Below, piece by piece: positions 19,105 to 27,547 of a stretch of DNA of 47,396 nt. The stretch's first letter is position 1; every line of letters starts with the position of its first letter. The position numbers and the translations under genes were made by a program. The stretch is taken from positions 3,318,841-3,366,236 of the forward strand of contig CP070751.1 in the NCBI GenBank assembly GCA_020348445.1, read 5' to 3'. The stretch comes from Thermoplasmata archaeon. GTDB taxonomy: Archaea; Thermoplasmatota; Thermoplasmata; GCA-020350865. Below the pieces are notes generated by a model, which saw nothing but the letters and a program-made list of their open reading frames with translations, searched no databases and was not told the DNA's origin.

Positions 19105-20007
19105 TTATCTTTCACCCTCTTCATCTTCTTTTACGGATTGTTCAGGTTCAGTTCCCTTCTCCTCTTTAAGTTCTTCAACCTTCTCAGCTTCTTTCTCTTC
19201 CCCGCCTTCTTCTTCCTTTGGCTCTACTTCCTTCTCTTCCTCCCCTTCCTTATCTTCTTTTGACTCTTCCCCTTCCTTCTTTTCCTCCTCCTTCTCCTCC
19301 TTTTTAACATACTCCTCTATGAACCTTATCTTCATAAAACCTGCGTATTCCCTGAGATCGTTTACGATCTTGTACTTGGCTATGAGCCATAATTGATCGT
19401 ACTTGCACACATCTGGAAGCTTTATCTCAACCTCATCATTCTCTGTTTTAATATCAAAATCATCCTTTCTTCCGAAGTCCATCTCCAATATTGTCATGAC
19501 TTTATCCTCGCCCTCAGCTGCCTTGTCCAACACCTTGTATTTATAGCGAAGGGTCTTACCTGCGAGGGGATTGTTGTAGTCCACACGAACACGTCTTGGC
19601 GAAACCATTGTCACAATACCAGTTCTCTCCCTCCCGCTCTTGTCCTTTATCGTTATATCCTTTCCAACCACTGGTTCCAGCTTCTGTCTTTTGATCTCGT
19701 TCATCATATGCCATTCCACGAGCTTGGGATCCCTTTCTCCAAGGCCTTCTTCTGGAGGTAATTCAACTTCGTACTCTTTTCCCACCTCGGCTTTAAGAAG
19801 GGATTTATAAAGACCAGATAATGCCTTTCCCTCGTCCACAATCAGGGCTTTTGGCTGATAGACAGCATTCTCATCCGTAATCTCATGCTCCTCTGCAAGC
19901 TCCTTTGAAGTGGTATCAAACAGTATATTATCATCAGCTATCCAGAGATCATAATCCAAATGGACTATGTCCCCACGCTCAATTTTTTGTTTCTCTTCTT
20001 CTGCCAT
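19105..20007 (-). CDS. Long-type archaeal FKBP peptidyl-prolyl isomerase/chaperone with E/K-rich tail
   Basis: GDIVHLDY, LFDTT, ELPPEEGLGERDP, VDYNNPLAGKTLRY; RBS GGTGGGG before ATG20007. Confidence 0.92.
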   Translation of the reverse strand: MAEEEKQKIERGDIVHLDYDLWIADDNILFDTTSKELAEEHEITDENAVYQPKALIVDEGKALSGLYKSLLKAEVGKEYEVELPPEEGLGERDPKLVEWHMMNEIKRQKLEPVVGKDITIKDKSGRERTGIVTMVSPRRVRVDYNNPLAGKTLRYKYKVLDKAAEGEDKVMTILEMDFGRKDDFDIKTENDEVEIKLPDVCKYDQLWLIAKYKIVNDLREYAGFMKIRFIEEYVKKEEKEEEKKEGEESKEDKEGEEEKEVEPKEEEGGEEKEAEKVEELKEEKGTEPEQSVKEDEEGER

Positions 20008-20175
20008 AGGCCCCACCATATATGAGATATGCTAAAGCAAGGCATATGTTCCATTGTTTTAAAGGTTTTGGTGGATTCTTCCTCAGAGAAGTGGATTATT
20101 AGACAAATCTTCAGAGATATTTAAAGGTAAATAAACTACCGCACCCCTGAGGGGGTGCAGTATTCATTTGTTGGT

Positions 20176-20625
20176 TTAAACAGCAAACCTACCCAGGCCA
20201 GTTTGTATCGGTTTAGCAAAGATACCGCCAGATTGTGATTCTGTGATATAGAATTCAATTTTATCGGATGTGACTTCACCGACACTGCGGAAGAACTTCC
20301 CCCTGCTCCAGAGATGTCCACCCCACAGCTGTTTTTTCAGGCTAGGGAATCTCCAGAACAGTTTCCGTGCAGAGATTCCCTTGAACAACTGGAATGTTCG
20401 AGAAAGGGAATGTGTGGGGTGCATCTCTAAAAACAGATGCACGTGGTCTTCCATGATTTCCAGTGCAAGGATCGTATACCCGTACTGGTCTGCAATCTCA
20501 TGGAATATCAATCTGCATCCCCTTGCTACATGGATATCTTTAAATATTTTCCTTCTATACTTAGGCACCAGAACTATATGATAGTTCGACTCTCCATACG
20601 CATGGCTAAAGCTTCTTAAACTCAT
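20176..20625 (-). CDS. tnpA: IS200/IS605 Y1 HUH transposase
   Basis: HIVLVPKYRRK, EDHVHLF (HUH), LWSRGKFFRSVG, catalytic Y in IEFYITESQ. Confidence 0.95.
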   Translation of the reverse strand: MSLRSFSHAYGESNYHIVLVPKYRRKIFKDIHVARGCRLIFHEIADQYGYTILALEIMEDHVHLFLEMHPTHSLSRTFQLFKGISARKLFWRFPSLKKQLWGGHLWSRGKFFRSVGEVTSDKIEFYITESQSGGIFAKPIQTGLGRFAV

Positions 20626-20634
20626 GTATATACC

Positions 20635-20691
20635 GACCTGTAGCGATTCTCAATGGCATCCGCCCTGTGGGCGGATGCGTCGCTACAGGTC
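20635..20691. repeat. Nested inverted repeat directly upstream of tnpA
   Basis: Outer GACCTGTAGCGA 20635-20646 / TCGCTACAGGTC 20680-20691; inner GCATCCGCCC 20656-20665 / GGGCGGATGC 20669-20678. Confidence 0.9.
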
Positions 20692-20811
20692 ACTTATGGT
20701 TTCTCCTCTTATCAAATTTCAGCCAGACCCTTAAGGCTCTGGTATTCATTTGATGGAGTAACCTATCGGTCACTCAAAATATTAATAAAAAAGAGATCTT
20801 TTTAAATCTCT

Positions 20812-21216
20812 TTAGGGTATGTGATAGGTTAAAGATGCGTCTACTATGCTAGGTGTTGCGTGAACGTCTGTTGTTCTCCCCGTGAGTTTCACATACCAGA
20901 AATGATTAAGACCCATGACCATCGTATCTGATTTCCCAGGATCAATGGTGGAGCTATCGAAATACTCCCAGGTCTGTTCGTCATTAGAGCCCCATACAGT
21001 GGCAATGATCTGGTGTTCTCCATTATTTATTCGGAAGATTCTGTTGTGCCATTTGTGTGTATATGTCCCCTCTATTATCTCTGTTTCACTGGATGCCACT
21101 TCAACATCATTTCGTTCTTTCACCTCCGCTGCCTCCACCACCCCGGCAATAATCACACACAAAAAGATACCTGCAAAAAATATGGATCCCATTCTTAATC
21201 CCATTTTTCTAAACAT
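20812..21216 (-). CDS. Small secreted hypothetical protein
   Basis: Signal peptide ending ..VEA; beta-rich mature part; RBS GGAGG; weak hairpin AAAGAGAT/ATCTCTTT (20790-20813) at its 3' end. Confidence 0.75.
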   Translation of the reverse strand: MFRKMGLRMGSIFFAGIFLCVIIAGVVEAAEVKERNDVEVASSETEIIEGTYTHKWHNRIFRINNGEHQIIATVWGSNDEQTWEYFDSSTIDPGKSDTMVMGLNHFWYVKLTGRTTDVHATPSIVDASLTYHIP

Positions 21217-21363
21217 CTACTTGCCTCCCTTATACGTCAGTATGTTCTCATATAACCGACTTTGGTAAAACGTCTTGCGACATCTTATATAAGCTTTATG
21301 TAAAAATTTTTACATAAAGCCTTTATACTCTAATATTCTCTATTCTTTTGAGTTGGGGGTATC

Positions 21364-21540
21364 ATGGATATCTGGTTCATTAATAACGAATAGTCCCCTC
21401 ATCAAGAAATTCTTGATGTAAATGGTGAAGAAATGGTGAAAGAATCGAGAAGAACCGAGGATGTTGGAGAAGAAATAAGAACACCCCTTGAATCCATCGA
21501 GAAGATAGAGAATATAATTTGTTCTGGGGAGACCCTTTAA
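21364..21540 (+). other. Small ORF coupled to the GTPase (35 aa from ATG21433, or 58 codons with an internal TAG from ATG21364)
   Basis: Its TAA (21538-21540) overlaps the GTPase ATG (TAATG). RBS-like GGGGGT before 21364 and GGTGA before 21433; in-frame TAG at 21391. Confidence 0.4.
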
Positions 21541-22094
21541 TGGAAGATTCATCAACTTGTAAATTATATAAATTAAAAATATGCTTAGTCGGTGAGAAAG
21601 CCGTTGGAAAGACGAGTTTGGTCAGAAAATATGTGTTTAATGAATATGATAATAATTACCTTGTAACTATCGGAACAAAGGTTACAAAGAAAGAATTAAA
21701 GATTAAAGACCCTAAAAACGATGAATTGGTGGATGTTCAACTGTATATCTGGGACATAGTAGGTCAAAAAGGTTTTAGACAATTGCTACAGGATGCATAT
21801 TTCTTTGGTGCCCAGGGAATAATAGGGGTATGTGATAACACAAGAGAAATCACGCTGTTAGACTTGGATAGCTGGATGGATACAATTCACGGCGTTATAG
21901 AGGATGTTCCAACGGTTTTTCTCGGTAACAAATGCGACTTGAAAGATAGGCAACAAATAGGTTTGAATGAAATCACAAGTGTGGCCTCGGGATATGAAAA
22001 AAGTGCGTCTTACATCTCAAGTGCAAAAACTGGATTTAATGTGGAACTTGCTTTTGAAACATTGAGTAAAAAAATCTTAAAGAATATGCTTTGA
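21540..22094 (+). CDS. Rab/Ras-like small GTPase
   Basis: G1 GEKAVGKTS, G2 TIG, G3 WDIVGQ, G4 NKCD, G5 SAKTG; no C-terminal prenylation Cys. Confidence 0.93.
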   Translation: MEDSSTCKLYKLKICLVGEKAVGKTSLVRKYVFNEYDNNYLVTIGTKVTKKELKIKDPKNDELVDVQLYIWDIVGQKGFRQLLQDAYFFGAQGIIGVCDNTREITLLDLDSWMDTIHGVIEDVPTVFLGNKCDLKDRQQIGLNEITSVASGYEKSASYISSAKTGFNVELAFETLSKKILKNML

Positions 22095-22181
22095 TTAAAT
22101 AAATTGAATTAATGACATAGACGACAATAGATATTACTTCTATGCAAATGGATCTCAAAATGAAAGTTTCGTTCTAAATGG

Positions 22182-22493
22182 TTGATGATTGAAATGATAA
22201 CCCCGGAAGAATTAATCGCCCAAAAGAAGAAAGTTGATATTTTATCTAAAAAGGCCAAGAAATCCTATAAAACATTGATGGATCTGTGTAATGAAATGTC
22301 TTTTAGAAGGGATTTGAATATAGTTAAAAATGCTTCATCTGAAACGGATAATCTAGCAGATAATTTAATATATGTACTTAGTGACAGGATCGCCAATCAC
22401 CTGACCTATTCCCGTTCTTTTATGTCAGCTTATGAGGAATATTCTGAAATGCTTGAAAAATTATTTCGCCAAGAAAGGATTGAGGATGAATAG
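22182..22493 (+). CDS. Hypothetical all-helical protein
   Basis: 103-aa ORF co-oriented after the GTPase, with amphipathic helices. Confidence 0.65.
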   Translation: MMIEMITPEELIAQKKKVDILSKKAKKSYKTLMDLCNEMSFRRDLNIVKNASSETDNLADNLIYVLSDRIANHLTYSRSFMSAYEEYSEMLEKLFRQERIEDE

Positions 22494-22502
22494 GTTTCAT
22501 GA

Positions 22503-22682
22503 CCTCTAATTGCCGTTTTAAATATTGACTGCCCTAAATGTGGTAACACAATAAGATATGTGGAAAAAATATGCCATGGATGCAACACGATTTTTATTGA
22601 AGAAGAGTTTATTTATAAAGACGCTTCTTTTAAAATAAAGGGTAACACAGTATTGTTTGAAGATGAGAAAGATCAAAAGTGA
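22503..22682 (+). pseudogene. Zinc-ribbon microprotein without a canonical start
   Basis: Reads ..IDCPKCGNTIRYVEKICHGCNTIFIEEEFIYKD..QK* (CxxC-x10-CxxC), bounded upstream by TGA22500. No ATG/GTG/TTG before the first Cys. Confidence 0.5.
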
Positions 22683-22958
22683 AAAGTAAAATGAAAATTT
22701 GTAGAGCATTAGAGAGTAAGGTCGAAGTAAAAAAAGAGAGCGATAAGTAGGTTTAAAAAATCGATGTTTAGCTTGATCTGGCATTGAACTTTTTTGGCAA
22801 CTGAAATTATTTTTATATTTAATTGAATTTAAACGATTATCACCCATGATAATCAAAGAAGATAGTTTATATATTTACCCTTGACATACTTAGAAAGCAA
22901 GAGAACCACCTGTGTGTTTTCTTATCTGGATACGCATCCTTTTGGATGGGGGAGCCCT

Positions 22959-23306
22959 ATGGACCTATTTGAAGCATCGCAACTGATAACAGATAAATAT
23001 TCGGTAAGAATCCTCGTCGGCACAGCAAAAAAACCGAAGAGCGCCATTGAACTTTCCGAGAAATATGGTATTCCTATCGCGGCATGCTATAGGAAGATTA
23101 AAGAACTGGAAAAGGCGGGACTGCTTCGGTGCGTTGAGAGAAGGTTGACGAGGAAAGGAAAGAGGGTAAGCATGTATATCTCACAACTAAAAACCGCATA
23201 TCTATTCTTTGAAAATGGGAAGTTGAGGATGAGGTTCCACCTGACAAACGGTGTCATCAACGACTTCGGTGGAGAATTGCAGCAGGCAAATATAATCGAA
23301 AGATAA
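22959..23306 (+). CDS. Winged-helix (ArsR-like) transcriptional regulator
   Basis: RBS GGGGGA before ATG22959; KSAIELSEKYGIPIAACYRKIKELEKAGLL HTH with GKRVSMY wing. Confidence 0.85.
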   Translation: MDLFEASQLITDKYSVRILVGTAKKPKSAIELSEKYGIPIAACYRKIKELEKAGLLRCVERRLTRKGKRVSMYISQLKTAYLFFENGKLRMRFHLTNGVINDFGGELQQANIIER

Positions 23307-23481
23307 AGCCTAGTTTGATTATCATACAGTTGAGGCTGTTGGAGGAACCAAGGAGAAACCATCGCAAAAAAAAATGATAATTTCTCCTTCTTTCAGCCTT
23401 TTACACGAAACAAAAAATACATTTGCTTTCGTGGGATAAGCCTTCTTTGTTATCATGAGAGGTAACTCTGTACCTGCTTTT

Positions 23482-24654
23482 TTATGAGTCTTTTAAGACC
23501 TCCAAATAAACCTTCTGTAGTCTGTTAACAACTTTCTCAATTGTAAAGTTGTTCTCTACCAATTTTCTACCGGACCTTCCAAAGGAGATCCTTTTTTTCT
23601 CATTCAAAAGAAGATCGCAAATTGCCACTGCCAGCTGATTGCTGTCTGCATAATCAACAAGGGTTGTGGTCTTTCCTTCCTCTACCACATAAGGCACCCC
23701 GCCAACTCTTGTGGCAACTGTAGGTTTTCCTGCTGCCATGGCCTCGATCAACACTATCCCGAATGCCTCAAATTCCGAGGGCAAGACAAAAACACTGCAG
23801 TCCAAAAAGGCCTCTGATACCTCATTATCATCTAGCATCCCCAAGAATAAAATGTTATGTTCAATACCAAGTTCTTTTGCATGACCTATAAGTTTATTAT
23901 GCATTCCCTCGTCCTCGCCAATTAGAACCAATTTTGTATTTGGAAAATCATTCAGTATATCAGGCATGGCTCCAACAAGATACTCCAGGCCCTTGTTCTT
24001 TGCCAACCGACCCACAAAAAGGACGAAGTCATAATGAATTCCATATTTCTTCTTAAATATACCTTCTGCAAGTCCATCAAAACGCGATACATCAACACTG
24101 TCAGGTACTATCACGATTTTATTGGGACTTATTCCGGCCTCAACTGCATATTTCATCTCCCCTTGTGAAACGCAGATCACCCTAGAAGCCGCTGAGGTCA
24201 CCCTTTTTGAAAGGTACTTGTCGTAAATGCCCCTTGCCCTTTTTCTTCTCTCTCCCCCCCAGGAGGTCTCACCAGGGTGAAGATGAGGAGTTAAAACGAA
24301 TTTCCCTCTTTTTGCTCGTTTAGCAATGGCACCCACATGGGAGGGATAGAATCCCCAGGAGTGGGCATGGATGATGTCCCATCTTTCTTTGAGCACAGCC
24401 CCTACCATAGAGGGCATGATCGAGTACTGCATATCACCTGGGAGGGAGTATGCCTTGAATCTCCGAACAGGTATGCCTTCTACATTAGAGTAAGGTTCAT
24501 CCAATCTCTTCCAAGGAATCTCTGTGTATAAATCAGAGCAGAAGACCTCAACATCGTGACCTTGTCTTATAAGCTCCTTTGCCACTCTCATCTGCTGTGA
24601 TTCCACTCCACCCGGGGCAGGGGAAAAACGTACACATAACTTTAGTATCTTCAT
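23482..24654 (-). CDS. GT4 family glycosyltransferase
   Basis: GGVE, IIHAH, FVGRL..NKG, EAFGIVLIEAMAAGKP..TRVGG (E-x7-E). Confidence 0.92.
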   Translation of the reverse strand: MKILKLCVRFSPAPGGVESQQMRVAKELIRQGHDVEVFCSDLYTEIPWKRLDEPYSNVEGIPVRRFKAYSLPGDMQYSIMPSMVGAVLKERWDIIHAHSWGFYPSHVGAIAKRAKRGKFVLTPHLHPGETSWGGERRKRARGIYDKYLSKRVTSAASRVICVSQGEMKYAVEAGISPNKIVIVPDSVDVSRFDGLAEGIFKKKYGIHYDFVLFVGRLAKNKGLEYLVGAMPDILNDFPNTKLVLIGEDEGMHNKLIGHAKELGIEHNILFLGMLDDNEVSEAFLDCSVFVLPSEFEAFGIVLIEAMAAGKPTVATRVGGVPYVVEEGKTTTLVDYADSNQLAVAICDLLLNEKKRISFGRSGRKLVENNFTIEKVVNRLQKVYLEVLKDS

Positions 24655-24799
24655 CAGGAAGGGGTATGTGATAGTAGATATTAAGGCTCATTGATTGATA
24701 TCCATTTTCTTGGTATATAATTATATATCCATATTTTGTAGCAGTAATCGCTACAAAAATTTTAAATTAACTTATTTTAATGTCAATTTGCGTGATTTT

Positions 24800-26389
24800 A
24801 TGACAGTTCAACCAAGCAAAGCCTCAATTGGCCTGCCAAAGAAAACGCAATCACTATGTCCAGAGTGTAAAGCTGTAATCGATGCAGATATCTTCGAGGA
24901 GAACGGTAAGGTTGTAATGCAAAAGGAGTGTAAGGAGCACGGCGAGGTTAAGGATATAATCTGGAGTGATGTAGATTTGTATCTTAAAGCCGAAAAGTTC
25001 GCCTTGGATGGAATAGGAGTGGAGAACCCGAATACAAAGAACAGAATGGGATGTCCTTCAGAATGCGGCCTATGCGATCAGCATTTCAGCCATACCGCCC
25101 TGGCAAACATCGATTTGACGAACAGATGCAATCTAAAGTGCCCAATCTGCTTTGCAAACGCAAATGCCGCAGGATACGTATTCGAACCCTCCTACGAAGA
25201 GGTCGTGAAGATGCTTGAGCTTCTTAGGGCCGAGCGGCCAGTTCCTACCCATGCTGTCCAGTTCTCTGGAGGAGAGCCCACACTTCACCCTAGATTCCTT
25301 GATATCGTGAAAAAGGCTAATGAACTGGGTTTCTCCCAGGTCCAGATGGCAACAAACGGCATCAAACTGGCAAGGGACCCTTCCTATGCCCAGGAACTCG
25401 TGGACGCTGGTATGCATACAGTTTATCTACAATTCGACGGCGTTAAGGAGGAGAACTACATAAGCTGCAGGGGAAAACCCCTTCTAGATACGAAAATAAA
25501 GGCAATTGAGCACAACAGAATGACCAATCCAAAGCCTCTTTCCACTGTACTTGTTCCCACAATCGTGAATACAATAAATGACGATCAAGTGGGCCCGATT
25601 CTGGATTTTGCCATAGAAAACTGCGATGTTATCAAAGGTGTGAACTTCCAGCCAGTGGCCTTCACTGGAAGAATCTCAAGAGAGAAGAGAAACAGGCAGA
25701 GGTTCACGCTCACGGATCTGGTAGACAGGCTAGTTGATCACACGCCATACCTTACTAAGGATGATTTCTATCCAGTGCCCACTGTGGCGCCTATATCCTA
25801 TCTTTCAGGTGTTATTGCTGGATCTGCCAAGCTGACATTCACATGCCATTCCCACTGCGGAATAGCTGCATACCTATTTATTCAGGAGGACGGCAAGATC
25901 ATACCTGTTACCAAGTTCGTTGATGTTCCGGGGATGATGTCTCAAATGATGAGACTTGCTGACAAGGCCAGTGGCAAGGGAGCCCAGCTCTTCTTAAGGT
26001 TGATGGGCGCTGTAAAAACAGATAAATCCAAGCAAAAGAGCCTGGTTAAGAACTTCAACAAGTACTTTGGACAGTACATCAACGAGAACGAGATGCCCGA
26101 GGGTCTTGATATTCCTGCACTAATAGGAGGCATAATCTCTGAAGGAGATAAGCAGGCTGTGGGCCAGTTCACGTGGAGGACCATGTTCGTGGGGGGTATG
26201 CATTTTCAGGACCTCTATAACTACGATATCCAGAGGGTTCAGCGCTGTGCAGTTCATTACGCAACTCCAGATGGAAGACTTATTCCGTTTTGCTCCTATA
26301 ATGGAGGCCCGTACTGGAGGGAGCAGGTGGAGGAGAAATTCTCAGTCCCCATTTCTGAATGGCGCGGCGGCAAGATTGTGGAGGATTAA
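24800..26389 (+). CDS. tes: Tetraether lipid synthase (Tes/GDGT-MAS, radical SAM)
   Basis: N-terminal SLCPEC..CKEHG metal site, GCPSECGLC cluster, NIDLTNRCNLKCPICFANA, QFSGGEPT, VNFQPVAFTGR, HSHCG, GMHFQD, QRCAVHY, RLIPFC: the MJ0619-type motif order. Real start is ATG24800. Confidence 0.9.
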   Translation: MTVQPSKASIGLPKKTQSLCPECKAVIDADIFEENGKVVMQKECKEHGEVKDIIWSDVDLYLKAEKFALDGIGVENPNTKNRMGCPSECGLCDQHFSHTALANIDLTNRCNLKCPICFANANAAGYVFEPSYEEVVKMLELLRAERPVPTHAVQFSGGEPTLHPRFLDIVKKANELGFSQVQMATNGIKLARDPSYAQELVDAGMHTVYLQFDGVKEENYISCRGKPLLDTKIKAIEHNRMTNPKPLSTVLVPTIVNTINDDQVGPILDFAIENCDVIKGVNFQPVAFTGRISREKRNRQRFTLTDLVDRLVDHTPYLTKDDFYPVPTVAPISYLSGVIAGSAKLTFTCHSHCGIAAYLFIQEDGKIIPVTKFVDVPGMMSQMMRLADKASGKGAQLFLRLMGAVKTDKSKQKSLVKNFNKYFGQYINENEMPEGLDIPALIGGIISEGDKQAVGQFTWRTMFVGGMHFQDLYNYDIQRVQRCAVHYATPDGRLIPFCSYNGGPYWREQVEEKFSVPISEWRGGKIVED

Positions 26390-26498
26390 TCTCGGTTTTT
26401 TGCTGGTTTCTTGGATTTGACCGGCCTTGTAATTATATTATTATTCAAAGGAAAATATAAAGTAGCCCAAATGAGATTCCCAATTGGAGGTGAAGTAA

Positions 26499-26846
26499 GT
26501 GGTATATTGTCAGAAATGTGGGAAGCAAAATGAAGATGTGGCACAATTTTGCAACAAATGTGGAGCCTCCTTAACAGGACCTCCAAGGGAATATAGAAAG
26601 ACAAAAAGAGACGAAGAATGTGAGGAAGATTGTGCCGCACAGGGAAAAAGTGCCCCTGCATTTTGGGGAGTTATCATTCTTCTTGTGGGGATTCTGATAC
26701 TAATCGAAGTTCTTAGAAATATTCCAGGGCTAGATCTGCCTCAATGGTTGCATGATTTCAATTTCTGGTGGATCATCGGCCTTGTAATCGCATTGGCAAT
26801 AATAATTGCAGGCTTCAGAATGCTCTCAAGGCAAAGTCAACCCTAG
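26499..26846 (+). CDS. Zinc-ribbon membrane protein
   Basis: YCQKCG..NEDVAQFCNKCG followed by two TM helices; RBS GGAGGTGA. Confidence 0.85.
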   Translation: MVYCQKCGKQNEDVAQFCNKCGASLTGPPREYRKTKRDEECEEDCAAQGKSAPAFWGVIILLVGILILIEVLRNIPGLDLPQWLHDFNFWWIIGLVIALAIIIAGFRMLSRQSQP

Positions 26847-27547
26847 TAAGCTTTGCAGGTTTTTTTACAGGTTTTGCATATCTTGGTGTGTCTCCAGCTC
26901 GAAAGCTGGATTCGTGTATCCAACCAAAGAAATGATATTAATACAGCCGATATACCGATGAATATATTACCAGTTGATTGAAATACACCTATTACAACAA
27001 GTAAGAAACCAATTATCAGAAATACATTGGAAATTAGGTGTAAAAAGGATTTTTTATAAGGATTCACAACTTCCATATAGTTGAATACAATTAACAAGAT
27101 TCCAAGTAAGATTAGGAGGAACAGAATTATCCATGGAATCCCAACCCAAAACACGATATAATAGGCTGTAAATATAATCGAGGACACTGAACCAATTGCA
27201 AGACCCGTGCAACCCGCACAAAATCCCTTTTTTTTTGTGTTGATAATGTGGGTTTGAAAACCATGACAATCAGGATGATGCCCCCTGCGGCTCCTTTTGA
27301 CTTTAACTCCTTTTGTGATTTCGGCCCCATGATTTGCTTTATTAGATAATCTTCTAATCCAACCCGGTTTTATAGCAAGCGAGATTCCAAATACACAGCA
27401 TGCAATAAATGCCCCTCCTACAATCAACCTGTCAGTTAAATATACGGAGCCTGCATCTAAAGGTGGAAAAATAGAAATTAACAGGAGTAAGACAGCTCCC
27501 AAGACTGAAAGAATCATATAAGTAATAACTGTTTTCTTTTGTTTCAA
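26843..27547 (-). CDS. Cys/His-rich multi-pass membrane protein of unknown function
   Basis: About 6 TM segments; GHHPDC..F..H, CAGC and C-terminal H..IC..C...C; TTGA overlap with the upstream radical SAM gene. Confidence 0.75.
   Translation of the reverse strand: MKQKKTVITYMILSVLGAVLLLLISIFPPLDAGSVYLTDRLIVGGAFIACCVFGISLAIKPGWIRRLSNKANHGAEITKGVKVKRSRRGHHPDCHGFQTHIINTKKKGFCAGCTGLAIGSVSSIIFTAYYIVFWVGIPWIILFLLILLGILLIVFNYMEVVNPYKKSFLHLISNVFLIIGFLLVVIGVFQSTGNIFIGISAVLISFLWLDTRIQLSSWRHTKICKTCKKTCKAY

Larger units (their letters stand above)
20127..20757 (-). mobile_element. IS200/IS605-family insertion sequence, tnpA only (ends approximate)
   Basis: tnpA flanked by subterminal hairpins GCACCCC-TGAG-GGGGTGC (20141-20158) and CCAGA-CCCTTAAGGC-TCTGG (~20723-20742). 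Both are followed on + by the same GTATTCATTTG (20160, 20742). The right end reads GGTAGTTTAT(TTAC) on the minus strand. Confidence 0.8.

Noticed and set aside
20048-20065. GTTCCATTGTTTTAAAGG near the FKBP start as a fourth regulon site
   Set aside because: Wrong strand for FKBP, different spacing to the AT box, and no downstream gene in that orientation.
20626-20760. TnpB/IscB or omega-RNA locus
   Set aside because: No RuvC/HNH ORF and only about 130 nt between tnpA and the end; no support for a guide RNA.
22518-22856. 112-aa minus-strand ORF
   Set aside because: Low-complexity F/L/K composition; the plus strand carries a convincing CxxC..CxxC frame instead.
24695-24799. N-terminal extension of tes from the ORF track
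   Set aside because: AT-rich promoter-like sequence; family similarity begins after ATG24800.
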